Assembly: GCF_006345805.1 (NCBI RefSeq)
Contig: NC_043006.1
Span: 56,358,001 to 56,422,000 of the forward strand
Source of the DNA: Octopus sinensis
Taxonomy: Eukaryota
Length of the DNA: 64,000 bases
Reading direction: 5' to 3'
Every line of letters begins with the position of its first letter. Within the stretch, counting starts at the first letter, position 1. Below the pieces are notes generated by a model, which made no database searches, was not told the origin of the DNA, and worked only from the letters and a program-made list of their open reading frames with translations. A program made the translations under genes and the position numbers. This document shows positions 25,006 through 38,601 of this stretch, one piece after another.

Positions 25006-25565
25006 TTAATAAGGGTGAGAGAATTAGATACTAATTTAATAGTATATCTATTCAACACCAAGTGGCCTAGTGCTCCGATAAACCTGGATTATTATAATAT
25101 TTTATAATATATTATAATATTTTTACAAAATAAATATAAGAGAGTGGTCACTATATGGCTCACTCTAGCACCAGTTAATCCAAAAGGTTTCAACCACAAA
25201 AATACATGTTTCCCATGAAAGTCAGTACGATTGTTAGCTCACACGGACAGGGCAAATAAAAAATAACAAAAATACAGATTATTTTGGGACAATTGTTTCG
25301 ATATTAATGAATTAAATGTAATTTTACTTACAAAAAAATCCACTTGTAGCTCCTCAGCCAAAACAATCTGGATGAAATCCACTCAATCACACGCCAGATT
25401 TTACCATAACGATAAATACGCGTGTGGTTCAATTGATTACATCCGACGTTATAATTCAAATGCCCCAACTAACAGCGCGCCAAACCTTCACGGAAAACAA
25501 ATACAGCATTTAGAAATAAATACAGCATAATTATAATTAATTAATAAGGGTGAGAGAATTAGATA
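24997..25565 (-). mobile_element. ~570-bp non-coding element with 34-bp terminal direct repeats and a hammerhead, embedded in (TA)n
   Basis: TATAATTAATTAATAAGGGTGAGAGAATTAGATA at 24997-25030 and 25532-25565; TA tracts on both sides. Confidence 0.7.
25275..25370 (-). ncRNA. Type-I hammerhead ribozyme, intact core
   Basis: Minus strand: CAGATTGTTTTGG-CTGAGGA-G..[~50 nt]..C-GAAA-CAATTG-TC^CCAAAATAATCTG; 13-bp stem I with one G.U, palindromic stem III; stem II weak beyond the first G-C. Confidence 0.85.
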
Positions 25566-25963
25566 TATATATATATATACACTAACATATTGATATTAAT
25601 TAAAAGTTGTAAGGATTTCTTAATTATTGACAAATGATCAGAGGATTATCATCATAGAAGTGATAATTTCTTAATGTCATTATTAGAATATTAGCAAATT
25701 TTAACCATTTCAATTTACTGTTAATATGTTTGCCTGACTTTCTACACGAGTCAATAAATTAACTCTTTGAAACTGAAATTGAAACACAGTTCAAGAATCT
25801 TTTCATATCACACATTTACTACATATAACTTTTTTTAAATAAAGCAATTATCATTCGGGTGATTCTTGTGTTTTATATGAAGTCGTCTACAAATGTTACG
25901 TCTATGTATTTCCTTAGCAAAATTCTTGATGTGAAAATGTGTGTTGAAACAGCTATTATTATA

Positions 25964-26729
25964 CTTGGGACGGTCATTTTTTGCCCATCAAGCACGCACT
26001 GTTTATTTGATCCTCAGTTTAGCGTTATTATTATTTTAGTTTATTTGTCTGTCAAAGTTCTTTCGCCACACATTCTGTGACCTCTTCAAAGAGTTTCTGT
26101 CTCATGTGTCTCCCCTTGTCCTATTTATTCCATTTTGTCTTTCTGTGGTATATATCTCTATCTGCGCATGCGTTTACGTCTATAACTATGTGTTCCTTGT
26201 GTGTATATGTGTTTGTATATTACAATGTTTGTACCCATGTTTTTTTTTATTGACTTTTTCTCATTCTAACATAAGTATAGGTATGTGTGTCTTGTTTCCG
26301 TGCATATGGGCTTGTATATTAAACTGTTAGTACCGGTATAATTTATTAATTTTTCCTCATTCTGTTTTAGTCACCAAGTTGGTTACTGTGATGGATTAGG
26401 GATGTTATTTCTCGATTCATGTTTTCTTTTGAGACCCGATCTATCTCCTAACGCACCCTAGATACACATACTAAACACATACACACACAGACACAGATAC
26501 ATACGTAAACGCATTCGCAGATTGAGATACATACCACATACAAGCAAAATGGAATATGCAGGACAAGAGGAGACACACGGTACAGAAATTTGTTGAAATG
26601 GTCACAGAATGTGTGACAAAAGATCTTTGACAAACAAATAAGCTACTAAAAATAATATTAATAAAGCTAAAGTGAATATCAAATAAATAGTGCCTGTATT
26701 TAATTAGCAAAAGTTGACCATCCCCAAGA
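25964..26729. repeat. Diverged inverted pair of a ~220-bp repeat
   Basis: 25964-26180 aligns by eye with the reverse complement of 26501-26729, e.g. CACACATTCTGTGACC and GCGTTTACGT. Confidence 0.8.
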
Positions 26730-27381
26730 ATAACAATATTTTTACAAATGTGTGTGTGCGTGCGTGGTGCGTGAGTGTGTATGTGCACTTTTATGATTTC
26801 AGATTTTGCTTTCTTTCTTCATATTTCCTGTTGTTAGATATCCGTTTTTTTTTCTACTTTTCGCTTTTACGTCTTAGTCTGTTTCCCCCTCGACACTGTT
26901 ACCACTAATAAATACTAATAAGTATACCTATCACTTAGTCTGTTGAAAAAGGAAAGCTTGTGTTTATAGCAGATAGTTTCATGTAAATCCCCGTTAGTCT
27001 ACTTCCTTTTTTAGAGTTATTTGAACATTCTTCATCAATTTTATTATTGCTACTATTACTTTTATTTCCTGCGAAGTTACACCTTACGTTGAACTCTTAT
27101 GATGCTTAGTTTCATTTAATTTATTATAAAGTGCGGGATCGTGACAAAGAATAACAAACACATAATAAAAACACAAAAACAATTGTAGTGATTAAAAAAT
27201 AATTGTTCAACCGTATTCCTTCTTGTTGACTCCAATTCTTTCAATTATCTATTCACACACAAATGATGCCCAAACGCAAACTTGGAAGTACGTATAATGC
27301 AACTATTGAATTGCACAGGGTAAATCTGAAGATGGACGCACTTCATACTGTACTCTACTACGTGCTTAACGGAATATACCA

Positions 27382-27432
<51 letters not shown>

Positions 27433-28620
27433 TCGTGTATATATACAAATATATGTATATATGTGTACATACCTATACGCAAACATATATTCTATGACTT
27501 ATTCTCTCTAGGTTTTTACTTCTTTTGTACTGATTCTTGTGAATCTCCATAATTCGCTAATGTGTTCGCATCTATTTCCTTACTCCATCGTTTTGTCCTC
27601 TCCAAAATCCGAACGCCTCTTTTATTATGCTCTTTTATGATGGACATGGTATTAATAAGTACCGTACTTTGATATGTATATATATATTTATCCAAGGTAA
27701 CGTTTAGACATTCATTTTATTATGTTGGGCTCTATCAGTACCAAGCAGTCCCTTTTGTTGGATCTAAATCTTTTGAAAAGAAACTGGTTCTGAAGCAGGT
27801 GTTATTTTATTTTCGTAGATAACTCGAATTAATATCGCACTGCAGCATTCATCGTTCGTCTGTTAGTCATTGTATTTATTACATTTATAATATGAAGTAT
27901 GATTCAATTTCACTTCTTGGTGATCCGTATGTTCATATCACCTTGAAAAGTTTGCCCTTAGATTTCAGAGAGATGAACAATTACACATATAAGCTATTGG
28001 AGATACTTGATTAGCCCAAAATATTAGCCCAGCCCCACCGAGAAATGCTGCACCATCATCTTGAAAAAAACATTAAGGACACAAATTACTTTGTAGTTCT
28101 AGAGTGATATGTAAAAAACAGTAAAGGTCACAGCTGGAAGCTCATTTGCTGAAGCATTGCTCTTTTCAACTGACAGAAAAAAATAATAATAAATCTGCAC
28201 ACAACACAAATATAGGCGTGTAAAATAACATCAAAGTTTTCAAGAGGAGAAAAATATAAATGAGAAGAGAGTTGTGACTTTGTAATTCCGGTGAAACCTA
28301 ATGAATTTGATCTATGGTGAAAGTCATTCAAACGTCGCCAATTTGACTGTTTTCTAGAAATTCAAATGTAACAGTACTTTGCAATGCGTTCTTCTGTGTT
28401 TTGAAATGATTCTGTTATTATTATCGGTATGCCTGCTTTTCTGTTTTTACTATTTTTATTATTTTATATGTATATTTCTTGTGACAGTTGTGAACCGTCT
28501 TTGTATACAGTATCTCTGATTAGATGCAATGCTATTGAACCAGTAAGGATTATTCAAATTATATTTGCATGAATACCCTACATATACCATTCAAAAATTG
28601 GTAGATTTGTATATTGACAT

Positions 28621-28767
28621 TGTTGTAGCTCTCGCTACAACATCCCCAGCGAGAAAAGACTTGACTAAACGACTATAAATATAGCGGTCTGAGTCAGAGA
28701 AAGGGAGAGTAGGCGTTAACCGCAGGAAGTCATAAATTGTGGCAATACTACAATAATTGGCGACGAG
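28621..28767 (+). mobile_element. Gypsy-type 5' LTR plus primer-binding site, no internal coding region
   Basis: TGTTGTAG...CTACA termini, TATAAATA at ~28674, then TGGCGACGAG (28758-28767), a common Ty3/Gypsy PBS start. Confidence 0.6.
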
Positions 28768-29325
28768 TCACTACGTTACAATAGACATGAATATCTCTTC
28801 TTCTATATCTCAGGGTTCTCCATATCTCAGGCAGTCTAGTACTGCCTCTTTTGCCGATGCAAATGTGCTTCTTGTACTAATATTAAATTAACTGATACGT
28901 TATAACTGGTATCTGAAATGACTAGTACGTTAAACTCCCATCTTTAAGAGACCAATTTACAACTTCTTAAATTGCTACCCCTTTTCCTTGAGAGTCAATA
29001 TCAATTGCCGTTTGGTCTTTATTTTCTTTCTCCGACTAAAAGGAAAATGATTTTTTTCTTTTTTCTTTATTTTTTTTTTGCATATGCCATCCTGCACATC
29101 ATCCCTTAACGTATTGGTCCATTTTAATCATCTTCCCCCGCTCAATTAATTCCTTCTTCAGTAATCGACCTTGATGTTACCTCTGCTTTTGTTGCCAGTT
29201 TATTATGATAGGAAGTTAATGTTCATCACATCTTCAGTTTGTGACTGTATCGATTTTGTTTGAAGAAGGCTTGTTTGAAGACTACATGACCTTCTAGAAC
29301 TGGTCCCTAATTGAATATACTGTGA

Positions 29326-29417
<92 letters not shown>
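29326..29417. repeat. (TTA)n(CTA)n microsatellite abutting the Helitron 3' end
   Basis: Visible directly. Confidence 0.95.
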
Positions 29418-30900
29418 TTAGAAATGCACCCCGGCGTTGCCCAGGTATTATTTACCTATAGCCACATCGTATTATTTCTTTCTTTCTTATGGGCAGTCAG
29501 CACACGAGGAGTGAGAAGCAAACAACTCTTCTTTATAAACATGTTTTTCAGTCATTTTCTGATGAACAATGCCGAAATTATTGACACCAAAACCATGAAT
29601 AATGGCAACTTAGATTTGAAGGAAATTCTAATATTGCCCACAAAATTACCTAGACTAATGGATTTAAATAATTGGATGACGTATGAGGACATAGCGGTAT
29701 CCGTACTGCAGAAAGTTAGGTACATGGAAAGAAAGCTGCTTCATTGTGAAAATTATTATCTCTAATGTTCGGGCAGACTGCACACGTCAATATATGTTAA
29801 GTGAAATCGACAATGCTTCTGGGTCAACTATGTTTTGCGTAAGCCTAGTATTGAAAGAATAAATATACAAGTCATCTGCACAGGGTCTTTGTAAATTGAG
29901 ACCCACAATTTTTAAAGTTCGACACTGGACTTTGCTGATTGTCATAGCGAAGCATAATCACACTGGGAACTGGAGGCACTTGAATTGACTGGCACATTTG
30001 AGTGAATAAGGGGCATGCATGAAATGAATGCGATCTCTTTTCGATGACAGCCGGCAATAATGGTTGCTTGTAGGACATAACTTGTCATTGTAGCTACAGT
30101 CAATCTTGTGTCATTGCATAGCCGTGGTGGATCGAAATTCCTCAAGAGAATGATAGGTGCACCTTTCTTTAGGAAGACCTAATGCGCTGGCAGTCCTGTG
30201 GGTTGTAGAGAGTCGAAAAATTCAAATGGATAGTCAACAGTGGCAAGTTCGTCGATAGAGACAAACGTTGAAACATCTCCAGGTAGAATGTGGAGGAGTT
30301 CATAGATTACTTTATCAACGCTTTCATTCTGAGCTGCTAAAACAGCTCTCTCTGCGAACCATGCTATGTTATTGAAGTTATCTTGCAAAGTGAGAAATAC
30401 CTTTTCTTTAAGCTCGGCCAATGTAGACACCATGTGCCCATATTGCAGTACATGTTGTTGCAGGGTGTTATTCAACGGTAAAGAGCCATTTCCAATTAGT
30501 AGAATTTGATGAAAGAATTCCTCAGCTAAAGGATCGTTGTAGAGATGAGCTCGCATATTGTTGCTTAATGAAAGTTGACGAACAAAGCTCCACAGAGGTA
30601 AAAACTTCAGACACACATAGATGTCGTCAGCTCGCGTACCCCGTGATATATCTGGTAATATTTGACGGAAATCTGAGAGGACAACAGTATTCTCCCCCAC
30701 CCCATAACGGCGGTACTGTCTCTAATATCCCTTAGTGACCTATCTTGGGCTTCTTGTGCAACACGGTGTGCTATCGTGCATCCATCCCAGTCAAAAAATG
30801 TAGTTTAGAGCAGAACTTCCGCCGTCGGTGATCGTTTTCAAATATTACACATTTGGGCATCGCTGAAGTGAGTTTTCTTGAGCACGAATAGAGGCAGTTT
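29418..30900 (-). mobile_element. Helitron, decayed PIF1-like helicase fragment and 3' terminus
   Basis: VVLSDFRQILP..RGTRAD, NMRAHL, PTGLPAH, GAPIILLRNFDPPRLCNDTRL, FAMTI; 3' hairpin CCTGGGCAACGCCGGGG followed by CTAA|T at 29418. Confidence 0.92.
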
Positions 30901-32319
30901 TCTTTGCAGCCCTTGTTTGTGGAGATAAATGAGAATGTCTTCATTTTGGTGGCATCGCTGAAAAGAGCAAACGATTAAGGAACATATAAGATAGAAGACA
31001 GCAATTTGAAGTTATGCATTGTATAATTTGATTTTTTAGTAACGAATGAAAAGATGTGGGAAAATGCCTATGCCAATTTGTATACCGTTATTTTGAGAAG
31101 AAGCGGTAACCTGTGAACGATTTGACTACGTTCTGTCTTGATATGCGTAATGCATTCTGTTAGCTGATATATAGTGGAGTGGATTCCTGGCGTAATGGAA
31201 GTTATTGTTTGTCCAGAATTGAAGTGGATGGGGTACAATTTGCATGAAAGTGATTTATGTTCTTAAGAAGGATCACAAACTATGTACTGTTTCATGGAAT
31301 AAAAAGGGGTTTATAAGATTTTGGCCAGAAATCTTTTCAAAATTATAATTTCCCCCACCTCGCCGAAATTTCCTAATTTTTAACTGTTTTTCGAATTTTG
31401 TTTTTATGCACGTGGAATAATACAAAGATTACGAATGTGGGAAATATAATTTGCTTTTGAAAATTTAATTTTTCTTAACGAAATATCGAATTCTCCTTCC
31501 CCCACCTCGGCCACCCATCGGCTACCCGCGTTCGGGCGAAATGCAAAGCTGTATGGAAAACATAGGAATGTGAGTAAATAGAGGAAAGAAATAAGTGTGG
31601 GGGACGCAAAAGTCATCTCAGACATGCTAGGCACAACAGGTAAAGATAGAGTTTGTGAGATAACTTCCTTGTAAGTTTAAATGGAAGATCAGGTTTTGGA
31701 ATACGCTCCTCACAAACTGGAGTGACAGAATAGGAAAAGGTAATTTCTATAGCATTTGAGCTGTAATTTAGCGCACAGCAAAAACTAACCTAGTCATGTT
31801 GAGTGACCGTGTATTTAGCTTAAATATTTTATCTTTATCAGCATGTTATCTAATATGTTACTGATATGGACACTTCCATTTAAAACTGACTTTTAATTGC
31901 CGGCGACAATGGTGAAGCTTACTTCATCTTCGCCACAAATTAATTGATATTGTAATTTTATCACGTAGAAAATTGGTGCCTCTCTTCAGCAGACGGATTT
32001 CAATGAATTACAAGATTAAGATGATGCACGAGGAAAGGAATAATCGAGGTAGGAATGACTATCTGTGGATTTGCAGAATGCCGAGCTGGACAGATACATA
32101 TTATTAATAGCATCAGAGAAGGTGGCAGAGTCGCAAAATGGTTAACGATTCGGACAGAATGCTTAGCGACATTGCTTCCGATTCTTTACGTACTGAGTTC
32201 AAATTTCACCTTGGTTGACTTTATCTCTGAAATAAGTAGTAGGTGAGCTCTGAGGTCGATGTAATCGACTTACCGCCTCCCGTAAAATCGCTAGCTTTCT
32301 GCCAAAGATTTACACAATT

Positions 32320-32880
32320 ATTAATGGTGACAGGGACCTTACGGAAACTGATGGCGATCAAGACAGTAGAAGTGAATTCTGTTGGTGGAAGTAAATGGTC
32401 GGTGAATAAGATGAAGCGGATGAGTTTTCTTGTAATAAACACTGGAGCAGTCTTAACTCAAACGTTAGCATAGCTTTGGGTCCATACAGTAAAATAGGAG
32501 GAAATATTAGCCTCGAACCAGCCTATAAAAGGCTTGGTGTAACTGAAGTCTGTCACAGTAGTCACAGCTTCGACGCTAAAATATAAAAGAAAAAGTTGAA
32601 AGTGAGGACAAGTGGAGCTGATTGGGAAGTATGGTGAAGTAGGAATCAGGAACTGGACAACAGTAAAAGAATAGTTTTCTTGTTGATGAAAACCAAGTCA
32701 GCACTAACAAAGTAGTTCTTTGAATGCATTTCGTCTGTGATTATCCATCTTTTCTTTAACAGGAATTTATTGTTCGATGTGTCCATAGTTTTTCTTTTAT
32801 GATGGTGAGGCCCGATTTGACAAAGCTTTGTCTGCGATTACTAGTAATGTAATAATGCTATTAGAACATCATTTTAGGTG
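32320..32880 (-). mobile_element. Highly decayed Penelope-like RT fragment
   Basis: SYANV and LIRFILFTDHLLPPTEFTSTVLIAISF resemble PLE RT motifs (SYANLF; FHPxIxFT...ISFLD). Confidence 0.4.
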
Positions 32881-34519
32881 AGAGTGAAGGCAAGTAAGAT
32901 TTTAACCAGTCGGTAACTACAATGAGAAAAATTGGTTTCAAATTAATCACCGATTTCCTTCACTTGCCTATGGACAATGTTCGTAACTTATGAATGTATA
33001 CAGAAACGTTTCAAGAAATGGTTGATAAATGCAAGTAGTAAAATGAAAGACCAAGTAAAGAAATTGGTCTATGTTAGCACAGCTTATTTGGTTAGCGGAA
33101 ACTGTGTAGGAGCCCGTCATTTGTCTGTGAACATGCATGTATCCGGAACCGTACTTACATTTTGTATCTCTCATATTAACTGTTCGACAAACAGGGTCGC
33201 TAAAAGTGATATGATGAACTAGGTCTTTGAAGACTCTACCTCATCATAGCCGCAGTTTAAAGACTTAAAGTAGTAAAATGTAATTTACTGCTGTAAGAAT
33301 TAACAAGTACTCAATTATGTGAACGGAACTAAAATTACAGAATGAAAAGTAACAGATAAAAAAAGGGCACTGCTATGGCTACAAAGAATGATACAGTTTA
33401 CTTACATACCAAAACAAACTGCTTCAAATTTAGGGTCAAGGACAGCAATTTCGGGAAAAGATGATTAACCGATTACATCGACCTCAATAACTGACTAGTA
33501 CAACATTTTATCAAACCCGAGAGGATAGAATGTAAAGTTGACCTCAGAGAGATTTGAACTCAAAATATAACGTGCTTGAAAATATACGGCAAAGTGTTCA
33601 TGCTGACGTTCCTGGCAATCTGCTTCCTACAAAAAGGAATTGTCAATAATGGTTTAAGTTATTGCAGAAATAATATTTTCAATTATTTCTATTTACTGAC
33701 TTGTAAAACATACTAAGATAATTTATGTAATGATATGTATATATGAAAAATATTTCGTTTCATTTTATTTATCAAATCAATGCGACTATATCATGTTGAA
33801 AACATCGATTCTCCTCTGATCACCGACGTTAAACTAGATCAAAACTAGTCAGTAGTACATTGATGTACTACTGAAACCTAGATGTAAATAAAATCTCCAG
33901 CTTTAGGCAAAGGCATAAATGTTTGTTTAAGAACTACACTTCACAAACACTTGGGTTTAGATTCAGTCCAACTGTCCTGCAAGTATTCCTGCAAAAGAGC
34001 CTTGCCGAATATCCGTCATATATACATACGTACACACACACACACACATACACACACACACACTCACACACACACACACATTGATGTATTTGGGGACGGT
34101 CATGTTGCCAGTTTAGCCAATGAAAACACATGTGGTATCACATTTCGCCTGGTTATTAGTATTAATTTTTAGTTTATGCATTAGATCTTCGCTAAATCAT
34201 CCAGAAATGTTATGGTAAATATATATATATGTTGGCAGACGGAATTAGCCAAACATGAGCTCTTCGAGCAAGAACCATTGACGATGTCTACGGTATAGAT
34301 GAAACTAAACCTAGTCTGGTTGATCCTCGAGACAGTCATGGGGCGGTTCCCTCCCTTGTCAGTATATGTATATACTTGCACTCTTTTTACAGCATTAAGA
34401 GTATTTTAACTTTTATTTCTAGCAATGAATGTGCTTCAGCACCCTTAGTCACACTTATTAAGAATTGAATCTTTCCTTTATGGCACTAAATTGCACCTGG
34501 CTATGAGTATTAATTTTAA

Positions 34520-34584
<65 letters not shown>

Positions 34585-34661
34585 CTCCACCATGGCTGCA
34601 GTCGAATGACTGAAACAAGAAAAAGAATATATATATATACACAATACATAGATATATATTT

Positions 34662-34877
34662 CTTTATTGCTGAACATAGAGGGGACAAACAAGGACAGAC
34701 AAAGGGATTAGGTCGATTACATCGACCCCAGTGCGTAACTGGTACTTTATTTATCGACCCCGAAAGGATGAAAGGCAAAGTCGACCTCGGCGGAATTTGA
34801 ACTCAGAACGTAAAGGCAGACGAAATATCCCTAAGCATTTCGCCCGGCGCGGTAACGTTTCTGCCAGCTCGCCGCCT
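34662..34877 (-). mobile_element. tRNA-derived SINE, family B (Meta-domain-like)
   Basis: Head GGCGGCGAGCTGGCAGAAACGTTA, B box GAGTTCAAATTCC, core GGTCGACTTTGCCTTTCATCCTTTCGGGGTCGATAAA; degenerate copies at ~3170, 20360, 32120, 33430. Confidence 0.85.
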
Positions 34878-37514
34878 TATGTATATATAGATATATGTAT
34901 ACATAATATACGATGGATTTCTCCATTCCGTCTATCAAATCCATTCACAAGGCTTTGATCAGCCCGAGGTTATGGTACTTTCCCAGGGTGCCGCGCAGTG
35001 GTAGTGAACTTAAGACCACATGTGGCTGTGTGGTTAAGAAGCTTGCTTCTCAGCAAGTTTCTTAACCATACAGCCACACATTTGAAATAATTTTGATCTT
35101 AACTATACCAGAAGAAGCCGAATCAATCTAACATTGCGTGCCACAAGGGTTTACCTTTTAAATTTCGTGTACAAATTCACTCGATGGGCTTATATAAAGT
35201 TTCCAGCATGGCCAATCCGACTCAATAGAAAATGTTTGCCCAAGATACCACTCGTTGGGATAGTACCTGAGATATCTTGACTGTGCAGCAAACTCCTTAA
35301 TCGGCCGAACAATGTAATCAAACCACACTAGCATTGAAAAATGTAGTACTTGTGATACAAAAACAGATGATGACCGTAAATGGAATGCATTTAATCATAT
35401 GCATTCCTATTGACTTAAGGTCAGACAGCAGTAATTTGCAAACGAGCCAGAAAGGAAGCCTATACGAAGGATTTTGATATGCTTGAAACAGCAGCCAAAT
35501 TTCTCTTAAATCATACAGCCGTTTTAAGAGTAATGAATAATGTTTTAAGCAATGTATTATGGAACCTGGTCATGACCAAAATGTCTTTGATTGTAAGTTT
35601 GCTATGTCAGGGCTGACCCGAGATTAAACAATAGTAACAACAACAAATAGTAACACACCATCTTATATATAACGTCTCGTTCTTTAGAAAGAAGCCGAAG
35701 ACCATTTTTAACTGCATGTCAAGAAATCCTGTCTCTAAGTCAGGGATTTACTTCTCTGTTAAGTAGTCATCTCTTGGCTTGTCTGTGGAAGCACTTTAAT
35801 ATGTCCAGATGTATGCATTCTTATGTATTTTCGTACAACATTTTAATTTACTTGTCATATGTCAAATATAGAAATCTACGGTTTCATTTCACTTTAAAAG
35901 ACAAATTACTTGTTGCTGCGTGGGTGGAAGTTATTCAAAGAAACGTAGTTAAAGGGCGAGTTAGAGGATGAAAAATCTTGAGGAGGTGGTATCTTAGGAA
36001 GTTGGGATGGCAGTGAGATATTGGCTTTGTGTGAGCATCTCACTGAGTATGTGAGTGGTAGTGAGTTACATATTCAGACTGGGGATTGGTTGGTTAAGAA
36101 GAAGTATTGTGGATGACGTGACAGAAAATGTTAGAAAGACTATGAATGAGTTAGAGAAGAAAGTGAAGTGGGGGGAGGGAAACAATGAAGAGAAAGCGAA
36201 ATAAAGAGATGAATAAAGATAGGAAGGATAATTGACGGTAGGGAAAGAAAAGATAAGGTATAAAAACGTAAAGAAATGCAAAAAGTGTTAATATCAAATA
36301 AGAAAATGTAGATAAGATGAAAGAAAAGCAGCTTATATATATATGTGTGTGTGTGTGTGTGTATACATGAATACATGTATATGCATTCATGTATGTATAT
36401 ATACATAATGTTTGTGTATAGTATACGTTTATGCATACGCAGTCAGAGATTATATGATAGTTATTGTATGCAGAGAGGACTGCAGAGAGGACGGGAGAGA
36501 AAGAAGTGGTGAATGTATGAGAAACGAGGAGAGAAAAATAGAAAACGACAGACTCTATGGGGTGTAATTACTAGGAGAAAGAGAGAGCAAAGCGTGAGCA
36601 AATAGAAAGAGGGTGAGGTGGTGTAGTGAGTGATTCAGTGAGTGAGTGAGTGAGTGAGTGAGAGGATGGGTGGGTGAATGAGTGGGTGAATGAGTGAAAG
36701 AGTGAGTCGAACGAGTTGGGAAAGCTGGAACTAAACATCGACAGAACATAGAGGAGAAAGGCAAAGGCGGAGGGGAATAAGTGTTAGGATGTGTGTGCTT
36801 GAGAAGATAAACACAGACAGAAAGAGAAACGGAGACAGTATAAATGTGCATGTGCATTTGCGTGTGTGTGTATGCACGTGTGTACGAAGGGCGGAATATA
36901 CGGTAGTTGTCGAACGCCTGGAAAGGAAAAGAAGAAGAACAGCTCAGTGTTCATTTAGAAGTAGAGGAAAAGGAGGAGAGGAAGGCGGAGAGAAGAAGGT
37001 AGTTGGAGGCAATAACTGTAATTAGAAAAGAAGAAAGTTTGGTTGAGAACTATAAACTGCAAAAGGGGCGGATGTGTATGTGTATATGTATGCATGTAAG
37101 TACGTGCGTGTAAATGTATAGATATATTTGCTAATATATGCAAGGTGTCAATGGGAAGCGCATCCTGGAAGGCAGCATATGGAAAGTTCACGAATGTATG
37201 CGGACAATTGGCTTCGTGTGTGTTTGTGCATGTGTGTATATGTGTGTTTGAGAGAATATATGAGCAAACAGATGACTGCACACATCTGCATATACACAAA
37301 TAAACTAAATACACATACAGATTCATTCATCACAACACTCTACCACTCACATGCGTGCAGTCACTTGAAGAACATTGATGCATCCAAGCCAAAGGGATAT
37401 AAGTCACTATGTATGAGTGTGCGTGTGTGTGTATCTGTTTGTGCACACACACATACATAAATATGTATGTATATATTTTTATATGTATACATGTATATCT
37501 ATATGTATATATAT

Positions 37515-37720
37515 CTTTTACGTGCTTCAGTCATTTGACTAGGGTCACGCTGGGGCACTGCCTTGAAAGAATTTATCGAACGAATCGAACCCAGCTCCTT
37601 TTTTTATTTAAAGCCTGGTATTTATTCTATCGGTCTGTTTTACCGAATTGCTCAGTTATAGGGACGTAAACACAGTAACACCGGTTGCCATGCAGTGATG
37701 GAGAACAAACACAGACACAC
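37515..37720 (-). mobile_element. Family-A SINE 3' half
   Basis: Matches 175-370. Confidence 0.75.
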
Positions 37721-37722
37721 AG

Positions 37723-37788
<66 letters not shown>

Positions 37789-38264
37789 CATATATATATT
37801 AATAAGGAGTAACTATTTAGAAGAGAATATATGTATAGATAATATTATTGTTATTATTATCTGCAGTAATATAAATAGCTGATAATAGCAACAACAACAA
37901 TATAGGTGTTTGCATTAGATAGTTATAGAATTAAAATTTATATCAATCATAAGGGCGCACAAGGCGCCAACCTGTTGTATTTTCTGTCGTACTTTTTCAG
38001 TGTTATTGGTGGTTTCAATGAGGGTTTTAACTTCTCTTTCTTGCAAGTAGGCAAGACACATCTGCACCACCGGATGCTTCTGAACCAGTTGTTGAGTGCC
38101 CCACCCGTGAGGATCGATGTTAGATGTGCCAAAACAATTGTTGTAAATAATAATAAATTCTCGTATATTCCATCTTCCGTCTTTCATATAAATATACATA
38201 ATAACGATAACTGTGAAAATGACCGTGCTTTACCAGTAAGCTACCAGGTTTAGACCATTCGCAT

Positions 38265-38298
<34 letters not shown>

Positions 38299-38394
38299 TA
38301 TATTCACTCACGATAAAACGCAGCCGACCCAGGAACTGACAACACACTCACACACACAAACACATCTTGTATATCTGTGTTCCATTTTGTTTAT

Positions 38395-38461
<67 letters not shown>

Positions 38462-38539
38462 CGAACACTATTCGTGGTTAATGCCAAGTTCCCTTGCGAA
38501 TTTGCAAGCTGCCGTGACAATAAAACGAGATTTTTTGCT

Positions 38540-38600
<61 letters not shown>

Positions 38601-38601
<1 letters not shown>

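Noticed and set aside
29555-29590. CTGATGA-N8-GAAA hammerhead core
   Set aside because: No stem I, II or III pairing.
33849-33874. 12-bp-arm palindrome TCAGTAGTACAT-TG-ATGTACTACTGA
   Set aside because: Isolated and short; no supporting context.
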